Of a stretch of DNA of 26,190 nt, positions 1-8,726 are shown piece after piece. Positions within the stretch are counted from its first letter, which is position 1. Each line of letters starts with the position of its first letter. The translations under genes were made by a program, and so were the position numbers. The stretch comes from Bdellovibrionota bacterium FG-2 (lineage in GTDB: Bacteria > Bdellovibrionota > UBA1018), in assembly GCA_051382305.1 (NCBI GenBank), contig JBBCAV010000286.1, forward strand, positions 1 to 26,190, given 5' to 3'. The notes under the pieces were generated by a model. It saw nothing but the letters and a program-made list of their open reading frames with translations, did not search any database and had not been told where the DNA came from.

Positions 1-92
1 CTTCTGAACCGCAGTCCTCTTAAACTCATCTGAATACCTTTTCATTTGTTGCCATCCTATCGCCCCCAGTTCTTAACATTCTAGGTGCGACA
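1..92 (-). mobile_element. Left end of a probable IS3-family insertion sequence; transposase OrfA starts at 45 and runs off the window
   Basis: The reverse complement of 1-45 reads MKRYSDEFKRTAVQK, typical of the IS3 OrfA (HTH_Tnp_1) N-terminus. A 5'-TGTCGC start at 92 fits the TG terminus of an IS3 left inverted repeat. Only 15 codons are visible. Confidence 0.55.
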
Positions 93-226
93 TCTTCCCT
101 GCCATAAGGGGGATATTCTGACAGAGTGCGGGATAGTGACGCTACCAGGTAATTCAACCAAAACTGCGCACCGCATCTAAGTAACAGATATTTTGAGGCA
201 ATTCGGTGAGCTAAGTCATTGAATCT

Positions 227-249
227 ATGGCGGAGAGGGAGGGATTTGA
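227..249 (-). repeat. att site: 23-bp copy of the tRNA-Ser 3' end (distal boundary of island 1)
   Basis: ATGGCGGAGAGGGAGGGATTTGA is identical at 227-249 and 19074-19096 (part of the T loop through CCA). Confidence 0.93.
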
Positions 250-439
250 TTGGACCCTCTCTACGTCCGCTGAACTAAAGGCAAAATCCAATCATATCAA
301 AAACATGCTGGCGCTCGACTTCCACCGAGATCCACCGACTTCCATGGACATACACTGTCACTGGCTGCTGCAGCCAGTTTTTATGGGTGAGGAGAATAAG
401 AAGAATGATGCGGTTGAACGCTTTTTCCCTCGAGTTCTA

Positions 440-700
440 TTAGTTGGTCCTTTTTAAGAGTTTCAGGGGATCGTCTACTTCGAGGACCCGCGCGAGGGCG
501 GTCACGGTGCTTAATCTTACGTCCGGCGAACGTCCTTTTTCCAGTTCCCAGACGGTTGAAATGCTAAGTTTTGCCGCAGATGCGAGCGTCTGCTGGCTCA
601 TTTTTTTTCGTTCTCTGATTTTTTTAACGTTTGCTGCTAAACCCTTGAGTAGTTCCAAAAGAGCACGGTCGCGGTAGTTATCGTTTCTTTGTCTTCCCAT
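440..700 (-). CDS. XRE/Cro-family HTH transcriptional regulator (probable start ATG 700, 86 aa)
   Basis: NVKKIRERKKMSQQTLASAAKLSISTVWELEKGRSPDVRLSTVTALARVLEV is a complete HTH_3 pattern. The longer 793 start would overlap the operator-like palindromes. Confidence 0.85.
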   Translation of the reverse strand: MGRQRNDNYRDRALLELLKGLAANVKKIRERKKMSQQTLASAAKLSISTVWELEKGRSPDVRLSTVTALARVLEVDDPLKLLKRTN

Positions 701-745
701 AAATGATGCCTCCCTGCAGCTTAGTCGAGAAGTTGGCATCTCTAA

Positions 746-793
746 ATGTGGGAATTTACATGTGGAAATACCCACATGCGGTTTAAACCACAT
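746..793. promoter_or_regulatory. Tandem palindromic operators upstream of the XRE gene
   Basis: ATGTGG-N6-CCACAT (760-777), ATGCGG-N6-CCACAT (776-793) and a degenerate ATGTGG-N4-TTACAT (746-761). Confidence 0.55.
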
Positions 794-807
794 AGCAAGA
801 AAACATA

Positions 808-840
808 AAAGTTGACTAAAAAGATCAACTTTGTTAAGAT
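808..840 (+). promoter_or_regulatory. Sigma70-type promoter for the lipoprotein genes, overlapped by an inverted repeat
   Basis: TTGACT (812-817), 17-bp spacer, TAAGAT (835-840). AAAGTTGA-N9-TCAACTTT (808-832) covers the -35 box. Confidence 0.55.
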
Positions 841-861
841 TTCATCATAGAGGTACGTTTC

Positions 862-1149
862 ATGCGACTTTGTGTGCGATCGGCTCGAATCCTTGCTGTT
901 GGAGCGCGCTATTGTTGGTTCTGTTCTGGAGGGTTCAGGGCAAGCTTGGGCGTGCTATTGGTTCTTTTTATCGCAAGTGCGGCGGTCTCCATCCATGGAG
1001 TTCAGAATCTACTTGCAGGAAGTGCCACAAAGCTTGATCCGAGAAACATTGGGTTGAGTGAAATTTTCAATGAACAACATGAGCCAGCATTCTCTGGAAT
1101 TTTCAAAATCCAGGCAACCCGTCTGAATCGAAAAGATACTAAGGAGTGA
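862..1149 (+). CDS. Possible small membrane protein
   Basis: AGAGGT upstream of the ATG, one hydrophobic stretch (LGVLLVLFIASAAVSI), and it ends 7 bp before the next gene. No recognisable family. Confidence 0.35.
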   Translation: MRLCVRSARILAVGARYCWFCSGGFRASLGVLLVLFIASAAVSIHGVQNLLAGSATKLDPRNIGLSEIFNEQHEPAFSGIFKIQATRLNRKDTKE

Positions 1150-1156
1150 TGCCTTT

Positions 1157-4100
1157 ATGTTCAAGCACAATTTGCTTACAAGTGTCATCGTAGCTCCTGT
1201 GCTGCTGGTTTTGTCCGCATGTGAATCAACGGTGACGGTGAACGCCACAATCACTTCGCCCTCTAGCACCCCAGCATCAACGGAAGCCGCATCCGCTCCT
1301 TCTGAGCCAGTATCAACGCCAACACCAACCGATACCTCGGCTGCAACTCCCCCTGCAACAACTGATACTGCAATCACAACGCCTGTAGTAGCCGACCCGC
1401 CCGCAGCCCCGACAATAAGCTCGCCGACATTGAGCTATTCAACATCCACAGGAACGACGGGAACATTTGGTGTCGCCATGTCGGTCACGCCTTCGGCTCT
1501 TGATAATGGTGGGGCAGCGATTACAGCATGTGGAATTCAAAACGGGACGACAGCATTGCCGTCGTATTTAAGCGTCGATTCTTCAACCTGTGTGATCTCA
1601 GGAACGCCTACATCAGCATTAGCAGCAACCACCTATTCACTGGTGGCAACTAATTCCGCTGGGACTTCCGCTGCTGCAAGTGTGGCTCTGACCGTGAATG
1701 CTGCTGTTCCTAATCTCAGTTACGCTGCATCTACAGGACTCACAGGAGTAACAGGCAGTGCAATGACCATAACCCCTTCAACTCTCAATGCCAATGGAGC
1801 AGTAATTGCAGCATGTGGAATTAAGGATGGAACGACAGCTCTTCCTGGCTATTTGAGCCTTGCTCCCACGACGTGTGTGATTTCTGGAACTCCAACCAGT
1901 GCTTTGTCAGCTACTCAATACACCCTAGTTGCCACAAATTCAGTTGGAGCCTCATCCAATGCAACAGTTACACTTGCCGCAACGCTCAGCAGTTATTCGG
2001 TCTCGTCAGCAGGCACAAATGTGACGTTAAATCCAAATTCAAGTCAGACCGTAACTTATGGATCATCCCAAGCCATAGTGGTGACTCCCAGCAATGGTTA
2101 TACGACACTTTCATCGGTAGGTGGGACTTGTCCCGCTGGTAGTTGGAGCGGAACCACTTACACCACGGGTGCAGTGACCTCTTCTTGTACGACTTCATTT
2201 TCTGCGACACTCAATAGTTATTCTGTCACGCCATCGACGACGAATGTAACACTGAATCCAAGCGGAGTGCAGAGTGTAAATCACGGATCAACTCTAGCTT
2301 TTACCGTTTCTCCAAGTACTGGATACAATACTTCTTCGTCAGTAGGGGGCACTTGCCCTGCCGGTAGTTGGAATGGGGCCATTTATACAACTGCTGCGAT
2401 AACAAGTTCATGCACCGTTTCCTTTTCAGCAAACATTAATAGTTATTCCGTAACGCCGTCCACATCAAACGTAACATTAAGCCCGAGTGGAGTGCAGTCG
2501 GTCAACTATGGGTCAACCAAAGCTTTTACGGTTACGCCGACGACTGGCTACACAACATCCGCAAGCGTGGGGGGAACTTGTGCTGCCGGGAGTTGGAGCA
2601 GTACAACCTACACGACCGGGACTATTACTGGAGCTTGTAGCGTCTCTTTTTCTGCGAGCATCAATTCATATTCTGTCACGCCATCGACGACGAACGTAAC
2701 TTTGAGTCCGAGTGGTGTGCAGACTGTAAATTATGGCTCCACTAAGGCGTTCACGGTTACGCCGAGTGCGAATTACACGACCTCAAATACAGTGGGTGGC
2801 ACTTGTCCTGCGGGAAGCTGGAGCAGTACAACCTACACCACAGGAGCCATTACTGGAGCATGTACGGTGTCATTTTCAGCATCAATTAATACCTATGCGG
2901 TCACATCTTCGGGAACCAATGTGACTTTGAATCCAAGCACCGTGCAGACAGTGAATTATGGATCGACCCAAGCCTTTACTGTGACTCCGAGTTATGGCTA
3001 TGCAACCTCGCCCAGTGTGGCAGGCACTTGCCCCGCCGGGAGCTGGAGTGGTTTGACCTATACTACGGGAACCATTACAGGGGCGTGTAATATTTCATTC
3101 TCAGCTTCGAATACTACACTCGTGTCGGTTGGTAATAACTCCTGTGCGACAAACGTGAATACGGTTTACTGCTGGGGATATAACCCTGATGGTGAACTAG
3201 GTAATAACTCCACCTCTGATTCGCATACGCCTGTTGAGGTGGTGGGAGTTGGGAACGTTGGCTTCCTTGGGAGTATCATTAGTGTGGCTACCGGTTCCTC
3301 AACCACCTGTGCATTGACTTCCTCAGGAAATGTCTATTGCTGGGGTGACAATAATTCAGGTCAACTCGGAAATGGAAATAACACACTGGGTGGATCAAGC
3401 ACGCCCGTTGAAGTAGAGGGTGTGGGAGGCTCAGGTTACCTCTCAAATATCATCAACCTATCGAACGGAGGTGACACTGCCTGTGCGGTTTCTTCCGCAG
3501 GAAATGTCTATTGTTGGGGAGGTAACGGCTTCGGACAGCTTGGAAATAGTACGTCGTCAGACGGAAGCGTACCTCCAACGCCAACTGATGTATTAACACC
3601 GGTCGAAGTAAAAGGAGTGGGTGGCTCAGGAAATCTCTCAGGCATCGTCAGCGTATCAGCAGGCGGTAGTAGTTACGTCTGTGCTCTCTCTTCCACAGGA
3701 CATGTTTTTTGTTGGGGCGAAAGTGCTTTCGGACAGCTTGGAAATAACTCAACCGACCCACTTCGCATACTTACTCCCGTTGAAGTAGTTGGGGTGGGGG
3801 CTTCGGGTTACCTTTCAAACATCGTCAGCATAACAACTGGCTCCGCTCATACCTGTGCGTTGTCTTCCGCAGGGAATGTCTACTGTTGGGGTGATAATGG
3901 CTACGGTCAACTCGGCAATAACTCAACCGCTCAGGCAAACACCCCCGTCGAAGTGTTAGGTGTGGGCGGCTCTGGCTATCTCTCGGGCATCATAAGTGTG
4001 ACAGCTGGAGGTTCAAATACCTGTGCTCTCGCTTCTTCAGGAAATGTCTATTGCTGGGGTTACAATAACGTAGGACAATTAGGCAACAACACAACTACCG

Positions 4101-5011
4101 AATCACATACTCCTATTGAAGTAAAAGGAGTGGGGAATTCAGGATACCTATCAAGCATAGTTAGCGTGACGACTGGTGGTAGCGAAACTTGTGCAGCTTC
4201 TTCCACAGGAAACCTATATTGCTGGGGATACAATCACTATGGAGCACTCGGCAATAACTCTACAACTGACTCGCACACTCCGGTCGAAGTGGTTGGCGTT
4301 GGAGGTACAGGCTTCCTCTCTGGAATCCAAATAAGCCTTACAATCACAACTAATCTTCGCTTGTGGCTCAGGGCGGACGCCTTGACAAAGAATGATGGCG
4401 ATACAGTCACAACCTGGACAGATTTATCTTCAGCCGGAAATAATGCTACTGCTCCTTCGAGCTTTGAGCCGATCTACAAGACCTCCATAATCAATGGAAA
4501 ACCGATCCTTCGTTTTAATGGTTCAGCAAAAATGGCAACTGCAACTGGAGACGCCCTATCTGACTTCACTGTATTTATAGTTTTCAAAGATACAGGCACT
4601 GCCCCGGCCTACGAAAGACTGCTAGATAAAGACTATATTAATGGGTTTTGGGTCGGGCGAGCAAGTTCCACCGCCAACACATGGGTAGTGGGAGCAGAGA
4701 AGGCAATCTCACCTTGGTATGACGGGTCTGCCACTTTTACTGATGGAACACCTCAAATTCTTACTGCGGTGAGGGATCACACAGGAGTCTCAGGTCCTCT
4801 CATCGCAAATAAAACCACTAGCAATAGCATCAGCATGAGTTCAACGGTTACGAGTACCGCTGTTTATGGGATTGGTGCGTGTTACAACGATGGCGATCCA
4901 TCGCAAAGATTGACTGGTGACATCGCTGAAATTCTTGTGTATTCAGCCGCTCTCTCCGCCGCTGATCAAGCTACAGTGCAAAGCTATCTCATTAGCAAGT
5001 ACGGGCTGTAA
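1157..5011 (+). CDS. Large modular surface lipoprotein: Pro/Thr linker, 2 putative Ig-like repeats, 5 Cys-containing ~75-aa repeats, 7 RCC1 repeats, C-terminal LamG/ConA-like domain
   Basis: AAGGAG RBS and lipobox LSAC. Two LPxYLS...CVISGTPT repeats, five GTC(P/A)AGSW repeats at 225-bp period and seven CWG...G(Q/E/A)LG RCC1 blades. C-terminal LRLWLRAD...WTDLS...GDIAEILVYSAALS...YLISKYGL. Confidence 0.88.
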   Translation: MFKHNLLTSVIVAPVLLVLSACESTVTVNATITSPSSTPASTEAASAPSEPVSTPTPTDTSAATPPATTDTAITTPVVADPPAAPTISSPTLSYSTSTGTTGTFGVAMSVTPSALDNGGAAITACGIQNGTTALPSYLSVDSSTCVISGTPTSALAATTYSLVATNSAGTSAAASVALTVNAAVPNLSYAASTGLTGVTGSAMTITPSTLNANGAVIAACGIKDGTTALPGYLSLAPTTCVISGTPTSALSATQYTLVATNSVGASSNATVTLAATLSSYSVSSAGTNVTLNPNSSQTVTYGSSQAIVVTPSNGYTTLSSVGGTCPAGSWSGTTYTTGAVTSSCTTSFSATLNSYSVTPSTTNVTLNPSGVQSVNHGSTLAFTVSPSTGYNTSSSVGGTCPAGSWNGAIYTTAAITSSCTVSFSANINSYSVTPSTSNVTLSPSGVQSVNYGSTKAFTVTPTTGYTTSASVGGTCAAGSWSSTTYTTGTITGACSVSFSASINSYSVTPSTTNVTLSPSGVQTVNYGSTKAFTVTPSANYTTSNTVGGTCPAGSWSSTTYTTGAITGACTVSFSASINTYAVTSSGTNVTLNPSTVQTVNYGSTQAFTVTPSYGYATSPSVAGTCPAGSWSGLTYTTGTITGACNISFSASNTTLVSVGNNSCATNVNTVYCWGYNPDGELGNNSTSDSHTPVEVVGVGNVGFLGSIISVATGSSTTCALTSSGNVYCWGDNNSGQLGNGNNTLGGSSTPVEVEGVGGSGYLSNIINLSNGGDTACAVSSAGNVYCWGGNGFGQLGNSTSSDGSVPPTPTDVLTPVEVKGVGGSGNLSGIVSVSAGGSSYVCALSSTGHVFCWGESAFGQLGNNSTDPLRILTPVEVVGVGASGYLSNIVSITTGSAHTCALSSAGNVYCWGDNGYGQLGNNSTAQANTPVEVLGVGGSGYLSGIISVTAGGSNTCALASSGNVYCWGYNNVGQLGNNTTTESHTPIEVKGVGNSGYLSSIVSVTTGGSETCAASSTGNLYCWGYNHYGALGNNSTTDSHTPVEVVGVGGTGFLSGIQISLTITTNLRLWLRADALTKNDGDTVTTWTDLSSAGNNATAPSSFEPIYKTSIINGKPILRFNGSAKMATATGDALSDFTVFIVFKDTGTAPAYERLLDKDYINGFWVGRASSTANTWVVGAEKAISPWYDGSATFTDGTPQILTAVRDHTGVSGPLIANKTTSNSISMSSTVTSTAVYGIGACYNDGDPSQRLTGDIAEILVYSAALSAADQATVQSYLISKYGL

Positions 5012-5028
5012 GAAGCAGGGAGTTTTCT

Positions 5029-5928
5029 ATGAAAAAGGCCTTTGTAATCGAAACCTGTGGGATTTGCTGCTGTCTGCTTCTTGGTTCGTGTAATTTTCTG
5101 TCCAGAGGCGTCAGCACATCTACAATAACTAATTCGAGTCCAACCATTGAACCAAGTTCTAATCCTGAACCAGCCGTAAGTCCTGATCCTACTGCGACCC
5201 CCGACCCAAGCTCAAGCCCTGAGGCAACATCAGTAAATCCTGAAACAAGTTCCAGCCCGAGTCCTACTCCAAGCCCCAGCTCTTCTATATCACCAAGTCC
5301 ATCTCCAAGTCCTTCCGCAAGCCCAACACCTCTCACCCCGGACGACACGCTCACCAGTATTCCGCTGAACACAGACCGTTGGGTGCTATTCAATTCCTCA
5401 GACCTCCAAAGTGCGGCACTAGGTATGTCAGGGGGATTTCTTAGATTCTATGACAATACTTTTTCTAGTTGGGCGTGGTCATCCATAGAATCCAAGTTTA
5501 AAATCACTGACGCTGTATTTGCAGCTAATGTGGAAGCGCACATTGCAACACCTTCCAGTGGGGGTGGAATAAATTTTGGAGTCAATTTTGATGCGGATAA
5601 CGTTGCTCAGATTTTCCTTGGACAAAACGAGTTACGCTATGTCACCTGTGTCCCAGGACTTTGCACGAATGGAAGCTCCCACACCGGTCTAGGGGATACA
5701 ATGGCACTAAGGATCGAAAGGACAGCAACCCAAATTGTTTTCAAATATGACAACACAGGTGGGGGGTACGTTACTATCGGTGCAGTTAATCTCAACGCCC
5801 TGAACGCCACCTTTGCAAACGCCTCACCCACAGTGCTAATCTTCTTTGTCAAATCGCAGGGAGCAGGAACCATCGACATTGATGCCAGTCAATTCAGCGT
5901 GAATGGTGCAGGGTTTGTGTTTCCATGA
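5029..5928 (+). CDS. Secreted protein or lipoprotein with Pro/Ser linker and beta-rich C-terminal domain
   Basis: GGGAG RBS, lipobox-like LGSC, long SP/TP linker; 17 bp downstream of the previous gene. Confidence 0.75.
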   Translation: MKKAFVIETCGICCCLLLGSCNFLSRGVSTSTITNSSPTIEPSSNPEPAVSPDPTATPDPSSSPEATSVNPETSSSPSPTPSPSSSISPSPSPSPSASPTPLTPDDTLTSIPLNTDRWVLFNSSDLQSAALGMSGGFLRFYDNTFSSWAWSSIESKFKITDAVFAANVEAHIATPSSGGGINFGVNFDADNVAQIFLGQNELRYVTCVPGLCTNGSSHTGLGDTMALRIERTATQIVFKYDNTGGGYVTIGAVNLNALNATFANASPTVLIFFVKSQGAGTIDIDASQFSVNGAGFVFP

Positions 5929-5985
5929 TCGGTACTGCTGCCTTGCTTTAAATGATAGTGGACGCAAACCCCAAAGGAAGTTGAA

Positions 5986-6381
5986 ATGAAAAGTAATGGC
6001 GTCCGAGGAGCAAGTATGAGGTCAGCTATCCCGATTAAAGATCTTGAGCAAAAAAATGAAGTAGGATCATCGGTCCACAGATTTCTAATTGCGGTCCAAC
6101 AAACAGTTTATGAATTGATTCCACCTTTCGAAGGCGAGGATGGAGAGGCTCATGTGTATGTTGTTGTTTCTGCGGTAAAATTGAAAATGCGTGCTGGCGC
6201 GCAAGATTTCAGTCTTGAAACATATATTTTCCCCTCAAACAAATCGGGGGAGTTTACTTACTCGGAGCTACCCGGCTCTTCACGGGGAACTCTCAGTCAT
6301 CAGGACGTGTTGGCTTCCATTGGGTATGAAATTCATCAAAACTCAATCAAACTTATAAGAGATTTGCTCAAAGGGAATTAA
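5986..6381 (+). CDS. Hypothetical protein
   Basis: 131-aa ORF with RBS-like sequences before ATG 5986 and ATG 6016, and globular-looking composition. No family assigned. Confidence 0.6.
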   Translation: MKSNGVRGASMRSAIPIKDLEQKNEVGSSVHRFLIAVQQTVYELIPPFEGEDGEAHVYVVVSAVKLKMRAGAQDFSLETYIFPSNKSGEFTYSELPGSSRGTLSHQDVLASIGYEIHQNSIKLIRDLLKGN

Positions 6382-6443
6382 TGAATTGCGTTTTAATTGG
6401 CCGAGTTGTGGGTGCGCGTTTGCGAGCGTGAAGTGGTGGGTTT

Positions 6444-6677
6444 TTATTTTTTTGTGTCGAAAGCGTGTACTTGCTTATTTCTCAGCTGTGTAAGCCCCTG
6501 TTCGAGAGCTCTGGCGATAATGTCATTTTTTCGATAAAGATATTCACCGTCCTTTACTTGTTTATTGTAGAGTTCCGTGACCTCTGTAACAAGCAAGTTG
6601 AGTCGATCCTTCCGTTCCGCTGTGATACGAAACGAGAACTGTGGGTAATCGGACGGTTTTCTTCCATTTTTGCGCAT
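6444..6677 (-). CDS. Small DNA-binding protein, possibly ribbon-helix-helix/Arc-like (probable start ATG 6677)
   Basis: PQFSFRITAERKDRL (strand plus helix) and RKNDIIARALEQGL (second helix). Divergent from the nuclease operon. Confidence 0.55.
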   Translation of the reverse strand: MRKNGRKPSDYPQFSFRITAERKDRLNLLVTEVTELYNKQVKDGEYLYRKNDIIARALEQGLTQLRNKQVHAFDTKK

Positions 6678-6805
6678 CTCACTTCTCCCTAGCTTCTCAA
6701 GCAGTAGAAACCTGCACGTTTTTGAATCGTACCTCTGCAAGTAGTTGATTGCAAACAAATATTGAGTCGCAATAGATGACTTGCACTATTGTCATGCAAT
6801 TATGC

Positions 6806-6834
6806 TAGACAATGTCATTGCGGTGCGCTATGAT
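6806..6834 (+). promoter_or_regulatory. Sigma70-type promoter of the nuclease-helicase operon
   Basis: TAGACA (6806-6811), 17-bp spacer, TATGAT (6829-6834); predicted transcription start near 6840. Confidence 0.6.
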
Positions 6835-6838
6835 TGGT

Positions 6839-6896
6839 AAATAGAGTTGTCGTATTCTACGGCAAATAGAGTTGTCGTAGAATACGGCAAATAGAG
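6839..6896 (+). repeat. 2.3 copies of a 25-bp tandem repeat with internal palindrome
   Basis: AAATAGAGTTGTCGTATTCTACGGC (6839-6863), AAATAGAGTTGTCGTAGAATACGGC (6864-6888), AAATAGAG (6889-6896, running into the GAGGAG RBS). Confidence 0.9.
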
Positions 6897-6906
6897 GAGA
6901 TGCTAA

Positions 6907-8382
6907 TTGTCAAAGTTCATTACTAAAAGCCTACACAAGCTTTTTTGCCGCTGTCCAAGGCTGTTTGCGCTCACCCAAAAGCGCCCTGATCTTAAAACTC
7001 CAGGCGATGACACAATGGCCCGCTATTTGTCAAAGCAAGGAGATCGGGTGGCGCGAATTCTTCAGGATCAGCTCATTCGGGATGGGGCAATTGAAATCCC
7101 CCCATATCCTGCAAGACAGGCACTCAAGCTCACGCGCTCCGCCCTAGGTCGTGGCCTTGGGGTCGTCGAGGGCAGTTTTGCTGCGGAGGATGCCTTTGTT
7201 AGAGTAGATGGATATCTCACCGCCAACGGGGGCGAGTTGATTGAAATCAAATCTAGCACGAAGATAAAAGACGATCACGTTGACGACGTGGCCTTTCAGG
7301 TTGGCGTGCTCCGAAATAGCGGCATCGCCGTTGAGCGGGCAACATTGGCTCACATCAATCCAGGGTTTGTCCTAAAACCAGCGAAGAGCAATTTTAAGAA
7401 CTTTATCACCCGAATCGACATGACGGCACAAGCCGATACCCGGCTAGCGACTATTCCAAAGGATCTCGCCGATATCGCTAAGATCGCGGCTGCACGCGGA
7501 CTCCCTCGGCGCCACATTGGACCTCACTGTTACGCACCTTACCCTTGTCCATTTGCGGCGCAATGTCTGGGTGATACTGCGCGGGATTCAGTTTTGAACT
7601 TACGTCGAGCGGGTGAAATTAAGTACGAGCTTCATCAGCATGGTATCCGAAAGCTTTCTGAAATTCCCGCGCACATCAAGCTAACGCCTTTTCAGCAGAT
7701 CCAAGCCAAAGCCGAAGCGCAGGGGGCGCCCATCATCAATGAGGAAAAGCTCAGGGCGTTTCTTAAGACGGTGAAGTATCCATATTGGTTTTTGGATTTT
7801 GAAAGCTCTGTCGAAGCCATTCCCCGCCACGTTGGAACAAAGCCCTATTCGCAAGTCCCGTTTCAAGCGTCGATTCACTTACAGCGAAAAGCCGGTTCCA
7901 AACTTGAACACTTTGAGTTCCTGCACGATCAATCATCCGACCCTCGCCCGGCTCTGGCTTGCTTTCTAGCAAAGACCATTGGTAGCACCGGATCCATCAT
8001 TGCGTATCACGCAAGTTACGAACGCGGACGCATTCAAGAAATGATCGCGCTTGGTGGTAGGGCAACGTCAGCACTGGAATCCATCGCCAATCGCATAGTC
8101 GATCTCGAGGTTCCCTTTGATCGCGGTTGGTACGTCGATTCGGCATTCAAAGGAAGTACCAGCATCAAGAATATTCTCCCTCTGCTCGTGCCGGACCTAT
8201 CCTACGACAGCTTACCAATCCGAGATGGTGCCACAGCCTACCTGCAATATCTCGAAATGATTTCTGCAAAAACAAGTAAGCAGAAGAGAGCCGCGATTCG
8301 GAAGGCGCTGCTCAGCTATTGCGAACTCGACACGCTTGCGATGGTCAAGATCCTTTCGTTCTTAATGGAGGTAGTAATATGA
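6907..8382 (+). CDS. DUF2779-domain protein: Cas4-like PD-(D/E)XK nuclease fused to an RNase H-fold/DEDD-like domain
   Basis: N-terminal CPR plus the later cluster HCYAPYPCPFAAQC (Fe-S-like arrangement), and RVDG...LIEIKS. C-terminal LDFES...PYSQVPFQASIH, SIKNILP and YCELDTLAM. GAGGAG RBS before the TTG start. Confidence 0.85.
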   Translation: MSKFITKSLHKLFCRCPRLFALTQKRPDLKTPGDDTMARYLSKQGDRVARILQDQLIRDGAIEIPPYPARQALKLTRSALGRGLGVVEGSFAAEDAFVRVDGYLTANGGELIEIKSSTKIKDDHVDDVAFQVGVLRNSGIAVERATLAHINPGFVLKPAKSNFKNFITRIDMTAQADTRLATIPKDLADIAKIAAARGLPRRHIGPHCYAPYPCPFAAQCLGDTARDSVLNLRRAGEIKYELHQHGIRKLSEIPAHIKLTPFQQIQAKAEAQGAPIINEEKLRAFLKTVKYPYWFLDFESSVEAIPRHVGTKPYSQVPFQASIHLQRKAGSKLEHFEFLHDQSSDPRPALACFLAKTIGSTGSIIAYHASYERGRIQEMIALGGRATSALESIANRIVDLEVPFDRGWYVDSAFKGSTSIKNILPLLVPDLSYDSLPIRDGATAYLQYLEMISAKTSKQKRAAIRKALLSYCELDTLAMVKILSFLMEVVI

Positions 8383-8726
8383 GTCAATTTAAACAAGTTC
8401 ACAAAGTCCCGCAGAAGCCCGACCGGTTAATGGTGGTTTACAAAATCACTTTCCCCAATGGGAAAATATACGTAGGTCAGGATAGAATCAATACTTTGAC
8501 CTACTTTGGTAGCATGGACAGCGGTTTTGTAGAGCGAGACTTCTCGCGGGAACAACAGCACGATTTTTCGATAAGAAAAGCGGTTCTTTGGGAGTCTGAG
8601 ACCGCTTCTCATAAAGAATTAAATGAAAAGGAAATTGAGTTCATTTACGCCTACCGGTCGAACAATCCTGCAATTGGCTATAATCAGCGTCCAAAACTTT
8701 CGTTTTTAGAGGAGATTAGAAAGTGA
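8379..8726 (+). CDS. GIY-YIG nuclease family protein (probable start ATG 8379, 115 aa)
   Basis: VVYKITFPNGKIYVGQD, conserved E in LNEKEIEFI, and C-terminal GYN. ATGA overlap with the upstream stop and a GGAGG RBS. Confidence 0.85.
   Translation: MSQFKQVHKVPQKPDRLMVVYKITFPNGKIYVGQDRINTLTYFGSMDSGFVERDFSREQQHDFSIRKAVLWESETASHKELNEKEIEFIYAYRSNNPAIGYNQRPKLSFLEEIRK

Noticed and set aside
227-457. 76-aa ORF starting in the att repeat (likewise 18952-19212 and 25614-25916)
   Set aside because: These frames run through tRNA or att sequence and have no protein motifs, so they are probably spurious.
3100-4330. Diversity-generating retroelement template/variable repeat pair among the RCC1 repeats
   Set aside because: Differences are not adenine-specific, all copies are in-frame coding repeats, and no intact reverse transcriptase is present in the window.
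1009-5879. Antisense ORFs over the lipoprotein genes (e.g. 1009-1377, 4992-5393, 5637-5879)
   Set aside because: These are shadow frames produced by low-complexity Pro/Ser/Thr codons on the coding strand.
6839-6896. Mini-CRISPR array beside a Cas4-like gene
   Set aside because: The repeats are contiguous with no unique spacers, and no cas1/cas2 or effector genes are visible.
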